Positions 1 to 6,381 of a stretch of 9,175 nt of DNA are shown piece after piece; within the stretch, counting starts at the first letter, position 1, and every line of letters starts with the position of its first letter. The stretch is from contig NW_021828016.1 in the NCBI RefSeq assembly GCF_006345805.1, forward strand, positions 1 to 9,175, read 5' to 3'. This DNA comes from Octopus sinensis (taxonomy: Eukaryota). The notes under the pieces were generated by a model that made no database searches, was not told the origin of the DNA, and saw only the letters and a program-made list of their open reading frames with translations. A program made the position numbers and the translations under genes.

Positions 1-262
1 TCTAATATCTTGTCCAACGTTCTGTAGCTTATTTTTTTATTAAATGGCTTCACTGTATTACGATCGACTGTTATCAAATATGCAAAATATCCAAAAGATA
101 AGGGACACAGTTTGCAGCGAGTCACTCCTGAAAGTAACAAAATTATAGATAAAAAAAAGAAGGTTCAGGGAAATCAATGCGAGAAACACCCTACTCTTTA
201 CACACTGCTATCTAGAATAATGAAATGATGTTGTATCATGTGGTCCTACATAATACAAAAAA

Positions 263-496
263 GAGGCGGCGAACTGGCAGAATCGTTAGCACGCCGGGCG
301 AAATGCGTAGCCGTATTTCGTCTGTCGTTACGTTCTGAGTTCAAATTCCGCCGAGGTCGACTTTGCCTTTCATCCTCTCGGGGTCGATAAATAAAGTACC
401 AGTTTCGCAGTGGGGTCGATATAATCGACTTCATCCGTTTGTCTGTCCTTGTTTGTCCCCCTCTGCGTTTAGCCCCCTGTGGGTAGTAAAGAAATA
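263..496 (+). mobile_element. tRNA-derived SINE, family A copy 1, full length
   Basis: A-box-like TGGCAGAATCG (275-285), B-box AGTTCAAATTCC (338-349), GGCGG/CCGCC acceptor-like stem (265-269/348-352). Central block GCCTTTCATCCTCTCGGGGTCGATAAATAAAGTACCAG is shared with copies at 6111 and 7211. Flanked by an 11-bp direct repeat TACATAATACA (247-257, 497-507). Confidence 0.9.
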
Positions 497-524
497 TACA
501 TAATACACAAAAATAAAATACGTT

Positions 525-617
525 CACAGATGGAATGCCTTTGATCATAGACCTGCTCGATCCGGATAGACCTGTGGTTAAACTTCCACAACAGCTTATT
601 AACAACAATGACAACAA
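525..617 (+). mobile_element. Degenerate 3' end of an (AAC)n-tailed retroposon, family E copy 1
   Basis: 525-582 aligns by hand to 8477-8534 (about 43 of 59 columns identical) and to 4476-4523 on the minus strand. Followed by a decayed AAC-rich tail. Confidence 0.65.
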
Positions 618-650
618 AATTAAAAGCAAAATAAATACTATTTTACTATT

Positions 651-702
651 TCCCCTTCTCCCCCCCCTCTCTCTCTGTCTCTCGTTCTTTCTCTCTTTCC
701 TT
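651..702. repeat. CT-rich polypyrimidine microsatellite
   Basis: Directly visible C/T low-complexity run. Confidence 0.85.
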
Positions 703-884
703 ACTGAAGATATGAATGAAATGAATTCAGTGGTGGAATTTCGAAGTTTTATAAAGTATCAATAATTCAGTCGTCAGTCCCGAGGCATTTTAATGTCCTT
801 CCTCCGTAGTATAAGCTATAACGATAGGCAGGCAGACACATGCTTACATAAAGACAAGCACAAACTCATTCATAATTGTGTGCT

Positions 885-960
885 CCTCTCACTCCCCATT
901 CTCTCTCTCTCTTTCTCTCCCTCTCTCTCACTCTCACTCTCACTTTCTCTCACACACACA
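885..960. repeat. Compound (CT)n/(CTCACT)n/(CA)n microsatellite
   Basis: Directly visible. Confidence 0.9.
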
Positions 961-1040
961 AATGCACTCCCGGCTTCATACATGAACACAAATAACAATT
1001 ACGCTAAAGAATATACATATACTGCCTCACTCACACTATA

Positions 1041-1410
1041 CATGGCCCAGTGGTTAGGGCAGCGGACTCGCGGTCATAGGATCGCGGTTTCGATTCCCAG
1101 ACCGGGCGTTGTGCGTGTTTATTGAGCGAAAACACCTAAAAGCTCCACGACGCTCCGGCAGGGGGTGGTGGTGATCCCTGCTGTACTCTTCCACCACAAC
1201 TTTCTCTCACTCTTACTTCCTGTTTCTGTTGTACCTGTATTTCAAAGGGCCGGCCTTGTCACTCTCTGTGTCACGCTGAATATCCCCGAGAACTACGTTA
1301 AGGGTACACGTGTCTGTGGAGTGCTCAGCCACTTACACGTTAATTTCACGAGCAGGCTGTTCCGTTGATCGGATCAATCGGAACGCTCATCGTCGTAACC
1401 GACGAAGTGC
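1041..1410 (+). mobile_element. tRNA-derived SINE, family B, about 370 bp
   Basis: A-box TGGCCCAGTGG (1043-1053) and B-box-like GGTTTCGATTCC (1086-1097) at tRNA-like spacing, a GC-richer body, and two terminal hairpins (1359-1384, 1390-1405). Resembles an abundant octopus SINE from memory; family name not assigned. Confidence 0.8.
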
Positions 1411-1432
1411 TTCCATACTAAGTTTACTGTAT

Positions 1433-1482
1433 CCTTTTATTCTGTTACTGAGTTCAGTCATTGAGTTGGGGCCGTGCTGAGC
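1433..1482 (-). mobile_element. Degenerate 3' tail fragment of family C SINE
   Basis: CTTTTATTCTGTTACTGAGTTCAGTCATTGAGTTGGGGCCGTGCTGAGC aligns to CTTTTACTCTTTTACTTGTTTCAGTCATTTGACTGCGGCCATGCTGGAGC at 2703-2752. Confidence 0.7.
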
Positions 1483-1554
1483 TTCAGATTCCGACACATA
1501 CGCATTCATATGTGCATACACGCGTATGAGAGTGTGTCTGTTTGTGGAATTATG

Positions 1555-1594
1555 AATGTATGTATGTATGTATGTTTATACATATGTATATATT

Positions 1595-1628
<34 letters not shown>

Positions 1629-1648
1629 TGTATGTATGTATGTATATA

Positions 1649-1682
<34 letters not shown>
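1555..1682. repeat. (TATG)n grading into (TA)n microsatellite
   Basis: Directly visible. Confidence 0.95.
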
Positions 1683-1838
1683 CTTTATTTAAAGCAGCAG
1701 AAAATTCAACAAAACCTGTTACTCTGAGTTTCACGTTTTGTTGAATTTTCTGGTGCTTTAAATAAAGCATATTGCTCTACCACTGGTATTTGAGTACTCT
1801 TTTTTCCACCTTGTTTCACATTTATGTGTTTACTCCGG
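1678..1838. mobile_element. Fold-back fragment between (TA)n tracts, probable Penelope-like element (PLE) terminal-repeat remnant with a partial inverted duplication
   Basis: 33-bp inverted repeat 1683-1715/1735-1767 with one mismatch. The 19-nt spacer reads GTGAAACTCAGAGTAACAG on the minus strand (hammerhead 3'-half pattern). (TA)n on both sides. PLE assignment is inference. Confidence 0.55.
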
Positions 1839-1914
1839 TATATATATATATATACGGTAACACTACTTGGTAAAATTATTAATTAATAATTAATTAATTT
1901 ACCCTTTTATTATT

Positions 1915-1917
<3 letters not shown>

Positions 1918-1973
<56 letters not shown>

Positions 1974-2097
1974 ATATTATATATATATATGCGCGCGTGT
2001 ATTTGTGTTATGCATATATATAATATATGATATATATATAATATATAACATATATATATATATATGCATGTATTTGTTTGTGTGTGTGTATGTGTAT

Positions 2098-2144
<47 letters not shown>

Positions 2145-2170
2145 GGTGTATGTATCTATGTACTTGTATG
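1918..2170. repeat. Long compound (TA)n/(TG)n microsatellite
   Basis: Directly visible. Confidence 0.95.
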
Positions 2171-2338
2171 TATATGACGGGCTACTTTCAGTTTTCGTTT
2201 ACGAAATTCACTCACAAGGCATTAGTCGGTCCAAGAGTATAGTGGAAGACACTTGTCTAACGTGTCATCCAGTGGGCGTGAACCCAAGACACCATGCTTG
2301 GAAAGCAAGCTTCTTACAGCCCAGCCACGACTGCGCCT
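2170..2338 (-). mobile_element. Family C SINE copy 2, diverged 5' half
   Basis: Colinear with 2966-3130 (e.g. CACTCACAAGGC, GAAGACACTT, CTGCGCCT). Decayed B-box on the minus strand near 2275-2285. Confidence 0.85.
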
Positions 2339-2480
2339 ATGTATGCACCATTACAATCACATGATATTGGTGATAGGTGTTGGTCACTTGATTAACGTGA
2401 GTGGTCGGTATATATATATATATATCAAAGAAACTGAGATGTTGGAGTAGCAGTGTTCAATACAGAGTCAGGAGAACTGT

Positions 2481-2650
2481 GAAAGAGAGAGAAAGAGAGA
2501 GAAAGAGAGAGAAAGAGAGCAAGAGAGAGGGAGTAGAAGAGAGAAAGTAGGAGGGAATATAGCAATATAGAAAGAGAAAGAGGAGAGGTAAAAAAAAAAC
2601 AAGAATAGATGAAGACAGGATTGAATGAAACGACAGGAGAATGAAAGCGA
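2481..2650. repeat. GA-rich polypurine tract
   Basis: Directly visible (GA)n/(GAAAGAGA)n low complexity. Confidence 0.85.
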
Positions 2651-2667
2651 AGCGTGCGCGCGCGCGT

Positions 2668-2698
<31 letters not shown>

Positions 2699-2922
2699 CT
2701 CTCTTTTACTCTTTTACTTGTTTCAGTCATTTGACTGCGGCCATGCTGGAGCACCGCCTTTAGTCGAACAACTCGACCCCGGAGACTTATTCTTTTGTAA
2801 GCCCAGTACTTATTCTATCGGTCTCTTTTGCCGAACCGCTAAGTGACGGGGACATAAACACACCAGCATCGGTTGTCAAGCAATGCTAGGGGGACAAACA
2901 CACTCACACAAACACACACACG

Positions 2923-2967
<45 letters not shown>

Positions 2968-3130
2968 TACGACAGGCTTCTTTCAGTTTCCGTCTACCAA
3001 ATCCACTCACAAGGCTTTGGTCGGCCCGAGGCTATAGAAGACACTTTCCCAAAGTGCCACGCAGTGGGACTGAACCCGGAACCATGTGGTTGGTAAACAA
3101 GCTACTTACCACACAGCCACTCCTGCGCCT
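2699..3130 (-). mobile_element. Family C tRNA-derived SINE copy 1, full length, CORE-like domain, internal (TA)/(TG) microsatellite
   Basis: Minus strand: A-box TGGCTGTGTGGT (3119-3108), B-box GGTTCAGTCCC (3075-3065), then GGCACTTTGGGAAAGTGTCTT resembling the start of the CORE-SINE domain, a microsatellite at 2899-2969, and a (GTAAAAGA)2 tail. CORE assignment is from memory. Confidence 0.88.
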
Positions 3131-3205
3131 TTTATATACATACGAATGCATTTTGAGTTGTAGGTATGTTCTCCTATCGGATTTTTAAAATAGATTTTCG
3201 TTTGT

Positions 3206-3310
3206 TCAGTTTCTCTCACATGCTATGTTGATATTTGTCCAATATGCCATGCATAGGGATCGAACCTAGATTGCGAAGCATATTCTTAAGCCATACTCCT
3301 ATACATGCGC
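3206..3310 (-). mobile_element. Family C SINE copy 3, highly degenerate head
   Basis: Perfect B-box GGTTCGATCCC on the minus strand (3266-3256). GATATTTGTCCAATATGCCATGCATAGGGATCGAACC aligns to GACACTTTCCCAAAGTGCCACGCAGTGGGACTGAACC (3040-3076). Confidence 0.7.
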
Positions 3311-3328
3311 TCGTATGCACACATATTC

Positions 3329-3395
3329 TGTCTGTCCGTCTACCTGTCTGTCTCTTTCACTCTCTCCCTTTCTCTCACTATCTCTCACACACACC
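3329..3395. repeat. CT-rich/(CA)n microsatellite
   Basis: Directly visible. Confidence 0.8.
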
Positions 3396-3481
3396 CATAT
3401 ACAATGAATGAGAGATGGGTATATATTGGGCAAGATGAGAAAGAAGAGAAAATGGAACGAAGACGAGGAAGACATGGAGAC

Positions 3482-3539
3482 GATAGACAGATAGACAGAC
3501 AGATAGACAGACAGATAGTGATAGATAGATAGATAGATG

Positions 3540-3591
<52 letters not shown>

Positions 3592-3603
3592 GATAGGTAG
3601 ATA
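3482..3603. repeat. (ATAG)n/(ACAG)n tetranucleotide microsatellite
   Basis: Directly visible. Confidence 0.95.
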
Positions 3604-3950
3604 AGTTTCTTTATTGGCCACACAGGGCTGCACACAGATGGGACAAGTTACAAGGTAGAGCTTTTCTTTTGGGGGAGAAAACAAAAGAAGGTGGCGTAGG
3701 TTTTCGATCAAAAAGGATCGTAAAAGGGAAAAAAGAACAAAAAAAAAGAAAAAAGAAAAAAAGGGAAAAAGGAACAAAAGAAAAGAAAAATGAAAAAAGA
3801 AGAAAAAGAGGAAAAAGGGGAAGAGGAAAAAAAAAAGATCAATAGGGATCGGGTATCACAGTGTCATGATGTATGGTGTAAAGGGGAAAGCAAGTAAGGT
3901 TTATCCGTAGGAAGAAAAGCCTACGAAAAAGACCACGGTAACCTTGGTCA
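3604..3950 (-). mobile_element. Probable 3' UTR of a 5'-truncated L1/Tx1-like LINE (element F)
   Basis: Minus strand is T-rich with short GC hairpins and ends AATAAAGAAAC directly into (TATC)n (AATAAA at 3615-3610). Its terminal motif is shared with the LINE at 5575-6047. No ORF retained, so the clade call is inference. Confidence 0.6.
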
Positions 3951-4009
3951 ATATTGTTATATGTTACCACATTTGTTTTCAAGTGGGTAACCCTCTGTTT
4001 TCAATTTCT

Positions 4010-4083
<74 letters not shown>

Positions 4084-4105
4084 CAGATAGATAGATAGAT
4101 AGATA

Positions 4106-4160
<55 letters not shown>
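4010..4160. repeat. Compound (ATAG)n-(GT)n-(GA)n microsatellite
   Basis: Directly visible: ATAG about 4010-4105, GT 4106-4126, GA to 4160. Confidence 0.95.
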
Positions 4161-4165
<5 letters not shown>

Positions 4166-4319
4166 AAACATACAGATGCAGAAAGAAAAATGCATTAATA
4201 TTGTAAAAAAGTTAGAGGGATACAAAATGGAAGATGCAGAGGTAGAAATCGAAGAGAGATAGAGAATCAGAAATAATGTAGAAGCGACAGTAAAAGACTA
4301 AAAGACACTAAAAGGTAAA

Positions 4320-4396
4320 GAGAAAAAGGAGGAGGCGGAGGAGGAGTGGAAGAGAAGAGAGAGAGAGAGAGAAAGAGAGAGTGAGAGAGAGAGAGT
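4320..4396. repeat. (GGA)n/(GA)n polypurine tract
   Basis: Directly visible. Confidence 0.85.
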
Positions 4397-4457
4397 GAGG
4401 TCTGCCTCCTTGATAGGTCGTTTGGTTCACCAGCAAAACACTTTATCCTCATCTTGC

Positions 4458-4523
4458 TTTTGTTGTTTAATTCTACCTTGATTGAGCAGACTAATGGTCA
4501 CAACCATCCAACCGTGGCCATCC
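4458..4523 (-). mobile_element. Family E 3' end, copy 3
   Basis: Minus strand GGATGGCCACGGTTGGATGG...TGACCATTAGTCTGCTCAATCAAGG...TTAAACAACAAAA aligns to 8470-8557 and 525-617. Confidence 0.6.
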
Positions 4524-5406
4524 TACCTTACTTTTAAACAAGGAAGGATAAAGATAAGAGTATTATTTCTAGCAAGTGAACGATTTGACTATTTTGGCTC
4601 ACTGGTTAGGCTTCTCTATCTCCAAACAGTGAGACACCTTTCACACCAGCATCACACTATTATTTGCATCTGGATGATTTCACTGGATATCTGCCTTCTG
4701 TATCGCAGACTCAGCACTTACTGGGAACTTACTACCCATCCGTAGCCCTTACTTCAAAACATCTGCTCTTATAATTAACGTTATGTAATCAACAATTTAA
4801 TGTGATTTCTACAGTATTACCACCGGCAGTCCTTTTTTTCCCTATCTGCATGTAAAATTGTTTTGGGTATGGGGAACACGCAAGATACCTTGGCTCTGGT
4901 GAACCTTAATCATTCAGGAGGGTTGCAATGCAGACTATAACACACGATACAGCAGAGGGGTATCCAGGTGTCCTGACTTGGGTGTGGTCTGAGCCCTTAC
5001 AGTCTAAGAAGTTAAGAGCCGAAACTCTTTTATGATGGGAATGGCTTCTCTGAAGACCTTCTGCTGTTTAGCTCCCCTTGAGGTCTCTTACTACCTGGGT
5101 AGTTATCAATCGTGGAGTGTATTTGTTGTCTAGAGAGAGTTTATTATTTGTGTGATCACATTGAAAGTGCATTGCATAAGATGTGAGCAGTGTATAACGG
5201 GGTTATCTTTTGGATTGTAGGTAACATTGTTAATACTACTATGGTTCGTATGGTCTTGTTCGTATTAGTTTTTCATATACAGAGTTCCAGTTATTTTTGG
5301 TACTGTTTTTCTTTGATGTCTCATATTCTGCTCATTCTGCTGGTTCCGGGCAGTGCTAGAGAGAGAAAAAAATGCTGAGATGGTGTTGACATTTTTTTCG
5401 TTCCAG

Positions 5407-5481
5407 GCCTTAATAATTATACCCGGAAAGTTTGCCTTCATCGGTTTGTCAGTCTAAACAAAACTGTCTCACATGATTATA
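5407..5481 (+). CDS. Candidate 75-nt internal coding exon, unknown host gene; peptide LNNYTRKVCLHRFVSLNKTVSHDY
   Basis: Branch-like TTGAC, then TTTTTTTCGTTCCAG acceptor ending at 5406, and GTAAGT donor at 5482-5487. Length is divisible by 3 and one frame (phase 1-1) is open. Peptide not recognised. Confidence 0.35.
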
Positions 5482-5574
5482 GTAAGTCATTGCCATTAAC
5501 GGTAACTGGTACATTATTTTTTTCTTTATTTGTTTTTTTCTTTATGTCGGTATTTTGCCCTGTGTATTATCATT

Positions 5575-5800
5575 GAAGTTGTTTTTTTTTTCTGTCTAGT
5601 GGTTATAGCGAAAGAGGTTGTGTGGTGAACAAGGTTGAAAGGATTGAGGGAAAGCATCTTCCTTTTCGGTTAAGCCCTCATCAGTTCTTTTGAGTTCTAC
5701 TTGGAAAGCAAAGTGGAGAGGGAAGGGAATTTGCTAAAAGGTGGGAGACTGTGACAAAAATGGTTAAGTTGAATGGACGTACTCTAATCATGCGCCTCTC
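5575..5800 (+). pseudogene. Disabled LINE ORF2 C-terminal peptide
   Basis: EVVFFFCLVVIAKEVVW*TRLKGLRESIFLFG*ALISSFEFYLESKVERE, a frameshift near 5725, then EFAKRWETVTKMVKLNGRTLIMRL. The K..VW.xR motif resembles the W..R(N) motif near the end of L1-clade ORF2. Stops at 5626-5628 and 5671-5673. Confidence 0.6.
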
Positions 5801-6047
5801 GAGTGAAGTACAACATTTGGGTGAGGGCTTGTGCCCTTGGTGGTCAGAGTGATCCTGGATCTGTAGAGTTCGTTAAAGGGCTCTAGTTGGAGGTTCTTTT
5901 GTATCTCGAGGACTGCCTTACATATTTTCTATACTATGTATACTTTGAATCTCATTTCACCATTCTCTCCTTTCTTTATGTAACATCCGACCCTCAGATT
6001 GTGAACTGTCCTTGTAATGTTCCCTTCACATAATCCCCCGGTGGAAA
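5575..6047 (+). mobile_element. 5'-truncated, decayed L1/Tx1-like LINE (ORF2 C-terminus plus 3' UTR; element G)
   Basis: Carries the fossil reading frame listed separately, then about 250 bp of UTR ending CCTTGTAA...GTGGAAAT into (CAT)n(ATT)n. Confidence 0.62.
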
Positions 6048-6110
6048 TCATCATCATCATCATCATCATCATTATTATTATTATTATTATTATTATTGTA
6101 AATTATTATT
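6048..6110. repeat. (CAT)n-(ATT)n microsatellite
   Basis: Directly visible. Confidence 0.95.
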
Positions 6111-6321
6111 AAGGTGAACTGGCAGAATCATTAGCTCGCCAGACGAAATGATTAGCAGTATTTCGTCTGTCGCTACGTTCTGAGTTCAAGTTCTGCCGAA
6201 GTCGACTTTGCCTTTAATCCTTTCGGGGTCGATAAATTAAGTACCAGTAAATCACTGGGGTCGATGTAATCGACTAGTCCCCGCCTTCAAAATTTCAGGC
6301 CTTGTGCCTATAGTAGACAGG

Positions 6322-6381
<60 letters not shown>
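6111..6381 (+). mobile_element. Family A SINE copy 2 with alternative 3' tail and (ATT)n end
   Basis: Colinear with 263-430, diverges after ATCGACT, ends ...GCCTTGTGCCTATAGTAGACAGG then (ATT)n at 6322-6381. Confidence 0.9.

Noticed and set aside
704-731. CTGAAGA...GAAA hammerhead-like motif
   Set aside because: No stem II and no valid NUH triplet.
1041-1100. Functional tRNA gene (also 263-352 and 3060-3130)
   Set aside because: No complete cloverleaf and no terminator after the tRNA part; each continues into a SINE body.
1021-1420. Target-site duplication around SINE B
   Set aside because: Only about 5 bp (ATACT) of ambiguous match in AT-rich flanks.
2385-2408. Minus-strand CCACTCACGTTAATC similar to SINE B 1329-1345
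   Set aside because: The match is too short and does not extend.
5130-5260. Minus-strand peptide VTYNPKDNP reminiscent of a Penelope RT C-terminal region
   Set aside because: Four-residue resemblance, flanked by stops, with no RT or GIY-YIG motifs nearby.
4715-5374. Minus-strand exon between the acceptor at 5358 and GTAAGT motifs near 4717-4733
   Set aside because: About 630 nt with stops in all frames checked; no coding support.
5648-5684. Hammerhead-like CTGATGA-GG GCTTAA CC-GAAA on the minus strand
   Set aside because: Stem II is only 2 bp, stem III has a mismatch next to the core, no stem I can form, and the sequence is explained by LINE ORF2 codons on the plus strand.
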